From positions 85,497 through 149,496 of the forward strand of contig JBAZSB010000002.1 of assembly GCA_041662625.1 (NCBI GenBank): 64,000 bases of DNA, in the 5' to 3' direction. The notes below the pieces were generated by a model that saw only the letters and a list, made by a program, of their open reading frames with translations, did no database searches and was not told the origin of the DNA. Both the position numbers and the translations under genes were made by a program. This DNA is from Patescibacteria group bacterium. GTDB lineage: Bacteria; Patescibacteriota; Patescibacteriia; Buchananbacterales; UBA6539. The stretch's first letter is position 1. Every line of letters starts with the position of its first letter. Below are positions 44,521 to 55,145 of the stretch, in pieces.

Positions 44521-44614
44521 ATAGCAATCAAAAAAATGACACTTTTAAATTAAAGTGGCATTATAATAATTATTGGTCCAGTCATTTGAACTTAAGCCAC
44601 TGGGTTACCTAGAT

Positions 44615-45415
44615 TCAGTGGTATTTTTTAAAAGGCCAAAATAATATTTTTGTCGCTAAAAAATGGATGAAAGAAATAATTACAGCATAGCTGAAAACGG
44701 CAATAAAGATACTGAAGTAACTCATGATTTTCAAAATTAATTTTGTCGCATCAAATTGAAGAATAAAGGCAAAGATATCAAAAAATAACAAGCTAAAAAT
44801 AATAAAAAGTAAGCCTTGCCACATTCCTCTTCGGTCTTGCTTGCTCGGGCTCATATGGGTAGCAATACAAAAAGAAGTATATAAAAAAAGCCAGAAATGC
44901 CAGCTGGAAATATTAGCCAGGTTGAACAGCTTGACTAAAATCTGCCAAATTGACTGACAAAAAATAACAAAGGATAATTGGCTAAAAGAAAACTCATTAA
45001 AAATTTCTAGGCCATTAGGCACTAAAAAAATAAGCAAAATAACCAGAATAATTGAACCAAAAATCATTGGCCCTAAGGCAATAAAAAAATTACCAATATT
45101 TTGGTAAAAACTTTTTTCGGAATAAGAATGGTCGACCCAACCCAATTCTCCAGTAGCAAAATCAGGTTGAAATAAGGCCACTCGGTTAATTTTATGAAAA
45201 AAAACTTTAGCAAAAATAATATGGCTTAACTCATGAATTGGCGTTCCCAACCAGCCAGTCCAAAAAATGCCCTTCCAGCCAACACTTTTTTGGTAATTAT
45301 CCAAAGTCCACTTCTGCAGTTTAGTCAGAATAAAACCAAAAACAAAAAAAATACCAAAAATAATGAATAATTGGACAATAACTAACAAAATGATTTGTAA
45401 AATAAATTGCTCCAT
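44615..45415 (-). CDS. integral membrane protein with HExxH motif (putative membrane metalloprotease)
   Basis: GTPIHELSHIIFAKVF in a TM context. Confidence 0.45.
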   Translation of the reverse strand: MEQFILQIILLVIVQLFIIFGIFFVFGFILTKLQKWTLDNYQKSVGWKGIFWTGWLGTPIHELSHIIFAKVFFHKINRVALFQPDFATGELGWVDHSYSEKSFYQNIGNFFIALGPMIFGSIILVILLIFLVPNGLEIFNEFSFSQLSFVIFCQSIWQILVKLFNLANISSWHFWLFLYTSFCIATHMSPSKQDRRGMWQGLLFIIFSLLFFDIFAFILQFDATKLILKIMSYFSIFIAVFSYAVIISFIHFLATKILFWPFKKYH

Positions 45416-45480
45416 CCTGATTTAATTATATATATAGATTGAAAAATTAGCCAATTTGGGTTAGAATATTAATACTATTT

Positions 45481-45513
45481 ATGATAATACTAAGCATTGA
45501 AAGCTCCTGTGAC
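45481..45513 (+). pseudogene. duplicated tsaD 5' end (ATGATAATACTAAGCATTGAAAGCTCCTGTGAC, MIILSIESSCD)
   Basis: The 17-mer GAAAGCTCCTGTGAC is identical to 45693-45707 in the intact tsaD start (ILGIESSCDE). Confidence 0.55.
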
Positions 45514-45629
45514 CCCGCCCCAATTCCGCGAGACACATTAATAAAATTTTTAGGTCAAGTGGGCGCGGAGTCGCCTTACGGCTTACTCTCCCCGATGAAC
45601 AAAGTTTAGGTTATAGAATTGGAGCGGGG
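45513..45629. mobile_element. ~117-bp GC-rich mini-element with 14-bp terminal inverted repeats, inserted between the duplicated tsaD 5' fragments
   Basis: CCCCGCCCCAATTC at 45513-45526 versus GAATTGGAGCGGGG at 45616-45629 (13 of 14). Internal CCGCG..CGCGG hairpins. Confidence 0.45.
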
Positions 45630-45656
45630 CGAGATGAAGTACCAATCAAACTTTTT

Positions 45657-46694
45657 ATGAATAAAGAAAATAATCTCATTATTTTAGGAATAGAAAGCTC
45701 CTGTGACGAAACCGCTGCTGCCTTAGTTCAAAAACGAGGAAGCATTTTTAAAATACTTTCAAGTGTAGTATCTTCCCAAATCGAAATCCATAAAAAATAC
45801 GGCGGCGTAGTACCCGAAGTTGCCGCCAGAAATCACATCCTCAATATTATTCCAGTCATCGATCAGGCTTTAGTTGAAGCCAAAGTTAAGCCCGGCCAAA
45901 TTGATAAAATTGCTGTGACCACTGGGCCGGGACTAATCACTTCACTGCTGATTGGTGTTGAAACCGCCAAAACTTTGGCTTACACCTGGCAAAAGCCAAT
46001 TTGCAGCATTAACCACCTTAAGGCCCACCTTTACGCTAACTGGCTAAGTAACCAGCCAATTAAATTCCCTGCCCTGGCATTGATTGTTTCTGGCGGCCAT
46101 ACAGAATTGATTTTAATGAAAAATGAAAAGAGTCTAAAAAAAATCGGCCAGACTTTAGATGATGCCGCCGGTGAAGCTTTTGATAAAGTGGCTCAATTAC
46201 TAAATATTGGCTATCCGGGCGGACCAATAATTTCTCAGTTGGCAAAAAAGGGAAATACCCAAGCTTTTAACTTTGCCCGGCCTATGATTAACAGTAGCGA
46301 TTTTAACTTCAGCTTTTCCGGCCTGAAAACCTCAGTACTCTATACCATCCAAAAGCTCAGAGTTCAGAGTTCAGAGTTCAGAGCCGCCAACTCCAAGCTC
46401 AAAGCTGACCTCTGTGCTTCATTCCAGCAAGCCGCAGTTGATGTCTTGGTGGCAAAAACTTTCAAAGCGGCCAAATATTATCAAGCCAAAACCGTGATGC
46501 TATCTGGCGGCGTCGCCGCTAACTCGCTTTTGCGTGAAAGCTTAAAGCTCAAAGCCCAAAGCTTAAAGCTAAATTTTTTAATGCCAAACATCAACCTCTG
46601 CACTGACAATGCCGCTATGATTGCGGCAGCCGCCACTTTTGAAAAACCAACCCCTTGGCAGAAACTCAGAGTCGATCCGAATTTAGAGATATAA
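45657..46694 (+). CDS. tsaD: tRNA N6-adenosine threonylcarbamoyltransferase TsaD
   Basis: ILGIESSCDETAAAL at the N-terminus and CTDNAAMIA at the C-terminus. Contains in-frame CAGAGTT x3 and AAAGCT-type repeats (46358-46383, 46540-46580). Confidence 0.85.
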   Translation: MNKENNLIILGIESSCDETAAALVQKRGSIFKILSSVVSSQIEIHKKYGGVVPEVAARNHILNIIPVIDQALVEAKVKPGQIDKIAVTTGPGLITSLLIGVETAKTLAYTWQKPICSINHLKAHLYANWLSNQPIKFPALALIVSGGHTELILMKNEKSLKKIGQTLDDAAGEAFDKVAQLLNIGYPGGPIISQLAKKGNTQAFNFARPMINSSDFNFSFSGLKTSVLYTIQKLRVQSSEFRAANSKLKADLCASFQQAAVDVLVAKTFKAAKYYQAKTVMLSGGVAANSLLRESLKLKAQSLKLNFLMPNINLCTDNAAMIAAAATFEKPTPWQKLRVDPNLEI

Positions 46695-46721
46695 AAAAGC
46701 ACAACCCTACGTGCCGCAAGA

Positions 46722-47045
46722 TTATGCTTGCTGATCTTTAACCTGTCGAGTGATGCGCAAGAAACGCGCGAAGCGCTTACCGCTCCATCGGCTTTCTTCA
46801 CAAGAGAAGGTTTTGCCCTCCCAAGCAGCTTCAAGGATTTCATCCGGTTCAGCCGCGACGTTCAGGGCCTGCTGAAAAAACGGCTGAAAATCGAGGCTGT
46901 CCCAAGCTGGGTCAAAACGACGGGCCGTAACGGCAGTCACACAAACCCGAACCGATGCGCAGCCGGATTTCAAATCACTCAAAACCCTACACAGAGTGAC
47001 GGAAAAATCCTTATTCGCATCCTGATGGTAGACTCTTGTCTTCAT
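46722..47045 (-). CDS. hypothetical protein (GC-rich single-gene insertion between tsaD and tsaE)
   Basis: GGGAGGG RBS (minus strand); ~52% GC; no motif recognised. Confidence 0.45.
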   Translation of the reverse strand: MKTRVYHQDANKDFSVTLCRVLSDLKSGCASVRVCVTAVTARRFDPAWDSLDFQPFFQQALNVAAEPDEILEAAWEGKTFSCEESRWSGKRFARFLRITRQVKDQQA

Positions 47046-47133
47046 CTATTCCCTCCCTGACCTAGCCCCACTGGCTAGTCGGTCGTTGACTCTAATCAAA
47101 ATCAGCCTATTACCTTATAATAAAACCAGTAAA

Positions 47134-47577
47134 ATGTCAATAAAAAAAATACTCACTAAATCTGAAAAACAAACCCATAGCTTAGGGAAAAAATTGGCTA
47201 AGCAACTTAGAGGTGGCGAAGTTTTGGCGTTGACTGGCCAGCTAGGTGCGGGCAAGACAGTTTTGGTCAAAGGTATTGCCGCGGGTTTAGGTATAAAAAA
47301 AATTATTACCAGCCCAACCTTTGTGCTGATGAAAGTCTACCACCTACAACCTACCACCTACAACCTACCACCTACTCAACTCGTCCACATTGACTGCTAC
47401 AGGACATCAAGCCAGCAAGAAATTGCTGACATCGGCGCTGCTGAATACTTTGGCCGAAAAGACACAATTACCGTCATTGAATGGGCGGAAAAAATAAAAA
47501 AAATCCTCCCTTCACAAAAAATTGAAATTGAGATAAGGTTAAAGCGCCAAAATACCAGAGAAATAACCATAAAATAA
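47134..47577 (+). CDS. tsaE: tRNA threonylcarbamoyladenosine biosynthesis ATPase TsaE
   Basis: Start at MSIKKIL; GQLGAGKT Walker A. In-frame CTACCACCTACAAC repeat at 47338-47376. Confidence 0.7.
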   Translation: MSIKKILTKSEKQTHSLGKKLAKQLRGGEVLALTGQLGAGKTVLVKGIAAGLGIKKIITSPTFVLMKVYHLQPTTYNLPPTQLVHIDCYRTSSQQEIADIGAAEYFGRKDTITVIEWAEKIKKILPSQKIEIEIRLKRQNTREITIK

Positions 47578-47578
47578 T

Positions 47579-48586
47579 ATGGGAATAGAAGAAAATCCAA
47601 GATTTGGCCGACAAGTGCAAAGAGACCTCGGCGAAGATCCAAACCGAGAAGATGATCCCAGAATTGATGATTTTATCGCAAAAAGCAGAAAAAGATGGGA
47701 ACCAGAAAGGCCAAAGTTGGAACAATTTATGCCGCCGCGGGAAGCCCAAGCGATGACGGCTGAACTGGGAGAAATGAAAAAAGAATTTGGTGATAAGACG
47801 CCAGAATCAATTGCGGCTGAGTTTATGGTAATGGAAGGAATCTATGAATATGGCTGGACTGGTGGCGGCAAAACTGAAGGCCGGGAAGAACCGGCTGACG
47901 TTTATGTCATTCCGGCTTCAGAATCTGATGACATTAAAAATGGCATTGATTTAGTGGTGGCAATAAGAGAAGGAGACGGGGAATGGATGTATTTAGGGAT
48001 TGATGTTACTACTACTCAAGATATGGTAGAACTCCGGGAAAAACTGGAAAGAACAATCCACCCATTGCAAGATAAAAAGTCACCTCACGTTGATTTTTAT
48101 TATTCCAGTGACAGCCCGGACAAAACTATAGGCAGAATTGATCTCCCAAGAGTAGTAATTGGCATTGATAAAGAAAGAATAGGCGAGCTGTCTAATGACT
48201 TTTTACACAATCCAGGTTCATTGGCCGAGCACCCAATCCAGCTTGAGATAAACCAAGAAATAATTGACCAGCTGACAACTGCTATTGAAATAATTGTTAA
48301 TAACATATCACGGCAAAGAAAAAATTTTGTTGAGTATGATTTTGACTCTCCAAAAGAAGCCTTAGATTTAGTCCGTGGCCAAAGGCATCGCCAAGAATTT
48401 GAACAAATCCAACCCGGAGTTTTGAAAATTATAGATAAACACGCAAAAATTTTAGAATATATGGTTGCTGTCCAAAAAGAAAAGGGCTCAGTGAGCGAAA
48501 TTCCTACCCAAAGAGCCACAGAATCATTCACATTTCGGCAGCTGGCGCCGAAAACGACCAAAGAACTACTTCGAAAGGCGGGTTGA
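47579..48586 (+). CDS. hypothetical cytoplasmic protein
   Basis: 335 aa, acidic, no motif. ATG overlaps the tsaE stop. Confidence 0.5.
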   Translation: MGIEENPRFGRQVQRDLGEDPNREDDPRIDDFIAKSRKRWEPERPKLEQFMPPREAQAMTAELGEMKKEFGDKTPESIAAEFMVMEGIYEYGWTGGGKTEGREEPADVYVIPASESDDIKNGIDLVVAIREGDGEWMYLGIDVTTTQDMVELREKLERTIHPLQDKKSPHVDFYYSSDSPDKTIGRIDLPRVVIGIDKERIGELSNDFLHNPGSLAEHPIQLEINQEIIDQLTTAIEIIVNNISRQRKNFVEYDFDSPKEALDLVRGQRHRQEFEQIQPGVLKIIDKHAKILEYMVAVQKEKGSVSEIPTQRATESFTFRQLAPKTTKELLRKAG

Positions 48587-48589
48587 CCG

Positions 48590-48780
48590 CTTCCTTTTCC
48601 GCGACCGCGGACCCATTTGGGCTTGCTGCCTCATCACCCTAGCCAAAGATAACACGTAATGTCGGGGCAGATGCGGCGTTGAATTGCGGCCCGAAAGATC
48701 AACCGGTTTGACATTCCAATATCTGTCTTTACCCAAGGTTATTTCCTCCCTCCAAGTATTTCCTTTCCCGCAGCCAATTT
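48590..48780. other. GC-rich (~55%) non-coding island between convergent genes; candidate structured RNA
   Basis: CGGGG..CCCG and CCGCG-A-CCGCGG hairpins. Only an RBS-less antisense ORF (48566..48805) overlaps. Confidence 0.25.
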
Positions 48781-48900
48781 GCAAAACAGTAAAGTAGTAT
48801 AACAAAAATATCTAGCGATGTCAAGCTATGCTAAAACAAAAAACCCCGAATAAATCGGGGACTTTTTTTCTATTTGGTTAAAAATTGTAAGTTAAAAAAG

Positions 48901-50637
48901 CTAAAGCTTGGCACTGATATCTTTGGCCACCCGGAAGACTTCTTCAACACTAGTAATGCCGTCAACGGCCTTTAATAAACCATCCTGAATCATGGTAATC
49001 ATCCCGTGTTTAACTCCGATTGCCCGCATGTCGTATTCCGAAACTTGGCCGGACAAAATCAAAGTTTCCACTTCTTTATTCATTGTCATGATTTCAAAAA
49101 TACCAATCCGGCCTTTGTAACCCAGGCCTTGGCATTCTTCGCAGCCACCACCTTTATAAAATTTTAATCTTTTTAATTCTTCTTTGGGAACCCTAAAGCC
49201 TGACTCTTCGGGAATTTCCGATAATATCTCCATCACCCGCGACATAGTTTTATTGTCTAATTCAGTTTCTTTTTTACAATTCTTACAAATTTTACGGATT
49301 AACCGCTGGCCAATCATGGCGTTGATGGCTGGTGCTAATAAAAACGGCTTGACCTGCATTGAAAGCAGGCGGGGGATGGTGCCAGCGGCATCATTAGTAT
49401 GTAAAGTACTGATGACTAAATGGCCGGTTAAAGCGGCGTTAATGGCAATTTCTGCAGTTTCCAAATCCCGGATTTCACCAACCATCACAATATCCGGATC
49501 CTGCCGTAAAATCGAGCGCAGGCCATTAGCAAAAGTGTAATTTTTACTATGGTCAACTTGACTTTGATTGATCCCCCCTAATTTATATTCAATTGGATCT
49601 TCAATGGTGATAATTTTGGTGCCTGGATCATTTAATTTATTCAAAACTGCGTAAAGAGTCGTAGTTTTACCTGAACCAGTCGGCCCAGTAGTAACAATCA
49701 TCCCATTAGGTTTGGTGATTTCGATCTTTAAAGCCTCAAAGGCTTTCCCCCGGATACCTAAATCCTCAAAAGCTAAACCCACAGCTGAAGACATTAAAAG
49801 CCGCATGACGACGCTTTCGCCATAGGCAGTCGGCAGCGTCGAGACCCTAACATCAATTTTTTCCTTAGTCATGAATATCGTAAACCGGCCATCTTGCGGT
49901 CGGTCTTCAATATTGATCTTTAATTTAGCCACTAATTTAACGCGGGACACAACCTGCGGCCAAACTTTTGGCTCAAGCTGGGCGGCATCATGCAAAATTC
50001 CATCAATCCGGAAACGAATTTTGACGCCATGTTCTTCAGCTTCAATATGAATATCTGAAGATCGGGCTTTAATCGCGGCAGCGATAATTAAAGTGAACAT
50101 GTCCGTGATCGATACTTCTTTCAATTTATCATTTAGATCACGAAAAGTTTGAATGTCCTGTTCATATTGTTTAATGTCTTCCTCAGTAATTTCCACGCCG
50201 CTGATAAATTTTCTAATTTTTGGTACGGCTTGATACAGTTTCCAGGCAAAATCAAAGCTATAGGGAGAGATTAAATAAACTTGTACTTCTGAGTGGTTTT
50301 CTTTACCCACTCTTGCAGCAGCGGCTTGAACATTAGGGTCAGTTGGGTCAACAGCGCCAATCCGAATATCATAAGAGCCGCGAAAAAAACAAATTGCTTT
50401 TAATTCCTTGGATTCTTCTTCAGAAAAAAGAACTAAAGTTTCCGGACTAATCGGTAAACCCTTAAGATCAATGTATTGAATGCCCATGATCTGGGCTTGG
50501 GTTTGGGCTTCTCTTTCCTTTTCCTTAATCTTAATATTTTTCATTTTATCAGAAAATTTCTCGGCAGTTTCCGCCGAGGAAATTTTTGGCTTTTGGGTCG
50601 CTAAAACTCCTTTAAGTAAATTATCGTCTGGAAGCAT
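48901..50637 (-). CDS. pilB: type IV pilus assembly ATPase PilB (GspE family)
   Basis: GPTGSGKTTTLYA Walker A; Asp and His boxes; C-terminal CxxC....CxxC. Confidence 0.85.
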   Translation of the reverse strand: MLPDDNLLKGVLATQKPKISSAETAEKFSDKMKNIKIKEKEREAQTQAQIMGIQYIDLKGLPISPETLVLFSEEESKELKAICFFRGSYDIRIGAVDPTDPNVQAAAARVGKENHSEVQVYLISPYSFDFAWKLYQAVPKIRKFISGVEITEEDIKQYEQDIQTFRDLNDKLKEVSITDMFTLIIAAAIKARSSDIHIEAEEHGVKIRFRIDGILHDAAQLEPKVWPQVVSRVKLVAKLKINIEDRPQDGRFTIFMTKEKIDVRVSTLPTAYGESVVMRLLMSSAVGLAFEDLGIRGKAFEALKIEITKPNGMIVTTGPTGSGKTTTLYAVLNKLNDPGTKIITIEDPIEYKLGGINQSQVDHSKNYTFANGLRSILRQDPDIVMVGEIRDLETAEIAINAALTGHLVISTLHTNDAAGTIPRLLSMQVKPFLLAPAINAMIGQRLIRKICKNCKKETELDNKTMSRVMEILSEIPEESGFRVPKEELKRLKFYKGGGCEECQGLGYKGRIGIFEIMTMNKEVETLILSGQVSEYDMRAIGVKHGMITMIQDGLLKAVDGITSVEEVFRVAKDISAKL

Positions 50638-50668
50638 AAATTGCTACTTTCTACTTGATTATATAGTT

Positions 50669-50697
50669 ATTATAGTTTTTTTTTCGCTTACTGACAA
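50669..50697 (-). promoter_or_regulatory. promoter TTGTCA-N17-TATAAT for pilB
   Basis: Read on the minus strand. Confidence 0.5.
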
Positions 50698-50707
50698 GAA
50701 ATTGAAT

Positions 50708-50733
50708 TTTAAAACCCCCTAATTAAAGGGGGT
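50708..50733 (-). terminator. terminator hairpin CCCCCT-AATTAA-AGGGGG
   Basis: Follows the membrane-protein gene on the minus strand. Confidence 0.5.
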
Positions 50734-50761
50734 AGGCGAAATGAAACAAACTATTATAAAT

Positions 50762-51691
50762 CTAGCTAAAAATCCTTTGTAAAAGACTAGACATAGCCAG
50801 CTTCCGACCAGCGATTAATTCAAAGACTAAAACCCAGCTGCCCCAACGGAAGGTAACTAAAATAATCTCAACAAACAGAAAAATTACTAATAAAGCCAGG
50901 AATAAAAGAATCAAACCAAAAGTAAACCCGGCATAAACTCCAAGAAAAGTCAGTAAAATAAAAGGCAAAATAATAAATAATAGACCATTGACCAAAAAAG
51001 AGATAAGGAAAAGAATGATAGCAATCTCCAAGCTTAAAAGCCAATTCTTTTTAAAAATTTCTAAAGCTAAGGGAATTGACTCTTTTAATGACCAATCCCT
51101 TAAAACTACACCGCAAATGGCATAACGGCCAATAAAAGAAACAACCAGTTCAATCACCAAAATGATATCAAAAAGTATAATGAAAAGCAGCAGATAGCCG
51201 GGGAATTTGATGGCGGATAATAAAAAGATAATTCCAGTTAAAGACCAGGTGATAATTCTTAAAAATACATTTAAACCTAAAACCGGCCAAAATTTTATTA
51301 AACCAAAATTAAAGCCAGCGCGCCAACTCAAACGTTTACTCTTAGTAACACTAACGACCTGGCTAATCAATGCTGATTGGGAAACAAGGGCCAACCAAAC
51401 TGTTACCACAACAAAACCAAGAAGTACTAGAAAAATCAAAATTATTAAAAATAAAAATAAAGGATGAGCAAAAAATACTTTTAAAGCACCACTCAAACCG
51501 CTAAGGGAAAATAAACCGCCAGCCTGTAGGCCATCCAAAAAAGCAAACAAAATCTGGTCAACGCCGAAATTGTAGCTGCTAAAAATTATATCGCCACCTA
51601 AAAAAACAGCAAAAAATCCGAAAAACCAAATGCTTGGAGTCTGCCAAGCGACTTTAAAAGCTTGTTTGAAAATTTGGCGGTAAGTGTACAT
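50762..51691 (-). CDS. hypothetical polytopic membrane protein
   Basis: 309 aa, about 8 TM segments. Confidence 0.45.
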   Translation of the reverse strand: MYTYRQIFKQAFKVAWQTPSIWFFGFFAVFLGGDIIFSSYNFGVDQILFAFLDGLQAGGLFSLSGLSGALKVFFAHPLFLFLIILIFLVLLGFVVVTVWLALVSQSALISQVVSVTKSKRLSWRAGFNFGLIKFWPVLGLNVFLRIITWSLTGIIFLLSAIKFPGYLLLFIILFDIILVIELVVSFIGRYAICGVVLRDWSLKESIPLALEIFKKNWLLSLEIAIILFLISFLVNGLLFIILPFILLTFLGVYAGFTFGLILLFLALLVIFLFVEIILVTFRWGSWVLVFELIAGRKLAMSSLLQRIFS

Positions 51692-51706
51692 AGGCTAAAT
51701 TGATGA

Positions 51707-53569
51707 TTAAATATTAGCTTTCGCCTCTTCCTTAACAAAAATTGCGTCAAATTCTTCTTTTTCCAAAGTCTCTTTTTCCAAAAGCAATTTGACAATTGCT
51801 TCGAGTCGATCTCGTTTTTTTCTAATGATATTAGTGGCAGTTTTAATTGATTGATTAATAAAATTATTAATTTCTTTATCAATCAATTCGGCGACTTTTT
51901 CACTATAATCACGCTGTTCGGTGATTTCCCGGCCTAAAAATATCAGCTCTTCTCTTTTACCAAATGTCCGGGGACCTAAAACTTTACTCATCCCGTATTG
52001 CATGATTAATTGGCGGGCAATTTTAGTTGCTTCCTTCAGGTCATTGGAAGCGCCAGTTGTCACATCACCAAAAACTTCTTTCTCCGTAATATAACCGGCT
52101 AAAAGAACAGCTAATTCATCAATAAATTCAGCCCGCGATTGCAAGTATTTATCCCGGATCGGCATTTTTAAAGTATAGCCAGCCGCTCGGCCCCGCGAAA
52201 CAATCGAGACTTTCTGAACCGGATCAGCATTGGGTAACTCATGAGAAACTAAAGCATGACCGGCCTCATGATAAGCCGTAATTTTCTTTTCCTCATCAGA
52301 AAGCAGGTGACTTTTCCGCTCTGGCCCTAAAATAACTTTTTCAATACTTTCCAAAATGTCAATCATTTCGATCTTTTTTTGATTCCGCCGGGCGGCCAAA
52401 ATCGCGGCTTCATTAAGTAAATTATTCAAATCAGCGCCGGTGAATCCCGGAGTTCTTTCGGCAACTCGCCGTAAATTAGCTTCTTTGTCCAAAGGTTTCT
52501 TCCGGGCATGAACCTTTAAGATTGCCTCCCGGTCATCGATGTTTGGTGCATCCAAGACAATCCGCCGATCGAACCGCCCCGGCCGCAGTAAAGCGATATC
52601 TAAAATATCGGGACGGTTAGTTGCCGCAATTACAATGATATTAGTACTAATATCAAAACCATCCAATTCCACCAAAATTTGATTTAAAGTCTGCTCTCGT
52701 TCGTCATTAGAACCACCCAGTCCCGCACCACGTTGACGACCAACGGCATCAAGTTCATCAATAAAAATAATACAAGGCGAATTTTTTTTAGCTTTACGAA
52801 ATAAATCGCGGACTCGTGACGCGCCAACACCAACAAACATTTCAACAAATTCCGAGCCAGAAATACTGAAAAATGGAACATTGGCCTCGCCGGCAACCGC
52901 TCGAGCCAGTAAGGTTTTACCGGTTCCCGGAGGACCAACTAATAATACTCCCTTAGGCACGCGGGCACCCAAATTAATGAATTTCTTGGGATTTTTCAAA
53001 AATTCAATGATTTCCAATAATTCTTCCTTGGCCTCTTTAGCACCAGCAACATCCTGAAAAGTTACTTTATTGCGTCGATCCTGGGGCGCGGTTTCCCGGG
53101 CCCGGCTTTGGCCAAACATCAAAGCTTTGCTGTTGGCCCCCTGAACTTGCCGCATCATCAGATAAATAAAGCCAACAATTAAAATCAAAGGAATTAGAAA
53201 TGGCAAAAGCATAGTTAACCAAAATTCAAAGCCAGAGGGTTGCCCCACGGAAACTTGAATTCCTGCTAACTTGGCCGGATCAACATTATAATTCTTCAAT
53301 AAAGTACTTAAAGATTCGGTTGTTTCTTTTTGAGTTTGGACAGTACTATTATCTTTCAGAGTTAAAATGATTTGGTTATCAACTACTTTGATTTCTTTAA
53401 CTTCGCCCTGGTCAATTTTACTGATCATAGTGGTAATATCAATATCAGTTGGCGGTTTTTCCGGATTAATGTAGACACTAAAAAGGCTAGCGATAACCAA
53501 AAAAACTAGAAAGATTACTAAAAAATTTCTTGATAATTTCTTCATAATTTTTAGGGTAATTCCCTCCAC
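51707..53569 (-). CDS. ftsH: ATP-dependent zinc metalloprotease FtsH
   Basis: [18 protein letters not shown]. Confidence 0.9.
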   Translation of the reverse strand: MEGITLKIMKKLSRNFLVIFLVFLVIASLFSVYINPEKPPTDIDITTMISKIDQGEVKEIKVVDNQIILTLKDNSTVQTQKETTESLSTLLKNYNVDPAKLAGIQVSVGQPSGFEFWLTMLLPFLIPLILIVGFIYLMMRQVQGANSKALMFGQSRARETAPQDRRNKVTFQDVAGAKEAKEELLEIIEFLKNPKKFINLGARVPKGVLLVGPPGTGKTLLARAVAGEANVPFFSISGSEFVEMFVGVGASRVRDLFRKAKKNSPCIIFIDELDAVGRQRGAGLGGSNDEREQTLNQILVELDGFDISTNIIVIAATNRPDILDIALLRPGRFDRRIVLDAPNIDDREAILKVHARKKPLDKEANLRRVAERTPGFTGADLNNLLNEAAILAARRNQKKIEMIDILESIEKVILGPERKSHLLSDEEKKITAYHEAGHALVSHELPNADPVQKVSIVSRGRAAGYTLKMPIRDKYLQSRAEFIDELAVLLAGYITEKEVFGDVTTGASNDLKEATKIARQLIMQYGMSKVLGPRTFGKREELIFLGREITEQRDYSEKVAELIDKEINNFINQSIKTATNIIRKKRDRLEAIVKLLLEKETLEKEEFDAIFVKEEAKANI

Positions 53570-53719
53570 CCTGACTAACTCGTGAGGTTAAAATTCAAGC
53601 AGTTGAGAGTCCAGATAAAACCTCACCCCTTAATTAATAGATTAAGGTGGGGCAAAACTAATATTATTATAACCGTTTTAGATGATATAATCAACCAAAT
53701 TATAATTTTTTCGGCTGTT

Positions 53720-54961
53720 TTAAGATTTTTCCGTTTGGCTTAATTCAGCCGGAGATTCTAATTCGGTTTTTGGCGGGGCCAAAGCTTCTGATTTTAGTTC
53801 AGCCGAATCAACTTTTTTGGCCGGTTCTGATTTTTCCTTCAAGGCTTTCAGGCTTAAACCTAACCGATGATTAGTCGGCTCAATGGACAACACTTTGAAA
53901 TCCAAGGTATCTCCGGGCTTAGCGATCTCGCTGGTATCACTAATCGGTTTATCAGACAATTCAGAAATATGAGCTAAACCGTGAATATCCGGATCGAGCT
54001 CAACAAAAAGACCAAAAGGATTAGCTTTTAAAACCTTACCTTTCACGACCTGACCGACTTTATACTTCTCAGCCACATTCTTCCAAGGATCTTCCTTGAG
54101 TTTTTTCATGGAAAGAAAAATCTTAGAACCTTCAACATTGATAATTTCTGCTTTGATTTTATCACCAACCTTAACTAAGTCAGAAGGATTATCAATTCGC
54201 TGCCAAGCTAATTCCGAAATATGGACTAAACCTTCAAGTTTATCAGCGCCAAACTCGACAAAAACACCAAAGTCAGTCACGGCTGTAACTTTGCCACTAA
54301 CGGCATCGCCCACTTTATAACTGGCAATAACATCTTTTTGTTTTTCTTCCCAACCGGCCTTTTCCGATACAATTAATTTTTCTTCAGCTTCGTCCACATC
54401 AATCACTTTGACTTCAAAATCATGGCCGATGTAGCTTCTTAGTCGTTCCAAAATTCGATTTTTATCGCCACCCGGAACCCGCGGATAGTGTTCAGGCATC
54501 AATTGCGAAACCGGTAAAAAGCCAGGAATCCGGCCAACCCTAACCATTAAACCACCTTTATTCGCATCAGTAATTGTTGCTTTGACAATTGATTCTTTTT
54601 GTCTTAAGTCGGTTAAATTGTCCCAGGCCTTTTGGTGACCGGCAAAACGAAACGAAAGTTCCATCTCTCCGTTTTCGTTCTCCAGCTCAATTACCGTTGC
54701 TTCAACGTCATCACCTATTTTTAGACCCGAGTACTCATTTGATTCGTCATAAAATTCTCGGCCCCTCACCACACCGGTGGTAAAACCATCAATGTCTAAA
54801 CGAATTTCGGACCGAGAAATATCAATTATTTTGCCTTTGACCAAGTCACCAACTTTCGGAATCTTAATAAAATCCCCCTCAGCAAGGATTTTCTTAAACT
54901 GAGAGGATTGGTCTTTAGTCTTAATATCAGGCTCATCAAGTTTAGTGTCTTTTGCAGTCAT
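53720..54961 (-). CDS. rpsA: 30S ribosomal protein S1-like (4 S1 domains)
   Basis: Four consecutive S1 (OB) repeats (G.V..V..FG.FV....GL.H.SE pattern). Confidence 0.75.
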   Translation of the reverse strand: MTAKDTKLDEPDIKTKDQSSQFKKILAEGDFIKIPKVGDLVKGKIIDISRSEIRLDIDGFTTGVVRGREFYDESNEYSGLKIGDDVEATVIELENENGEMELSFRFAGHQKAWDNLTDLRQKESIVKATITDANKGGLMVRVGRIPGFLPVSQLMPEHYPRVPGGDKNRILERLRSYIGHDFEVKVIDVDEAEEKLIVSEKAGWEEKQKDVIASYKVGDAVSGKVTAVTDFGVFVEFGADKLEGLVHISELAWQRIDNPSDLVKVGDKIKAEIINVEGSKIFLSMKKLKEDPWKNVAEKYKVGQVVKGKVLKANPFGLFVELDPDIHGLAHISELSDKPISDTSEIAKPGDTLDFKVLSIEPTNHRLGLSLKALKEKSEPAKKVDSAELKSEALAPPKTELESPAELSQTEKS

Positions 54962-55145
54962 AAATTTTTAATTAACCTCTCTTTTACCCAGAGAAGCCCC
55001 TAAATTAATAGGGTAGATTGATTAAAAGTTAATACTAAAAAAGTATAGTCTATATTAACATGCTAGTAAAGATTAGTCAAGCTACCTATCTTAAAACCAT
55101 TATTTATGCTAAAATAAAGGCAAGTTAATCAAAAAATCAGTCTTT

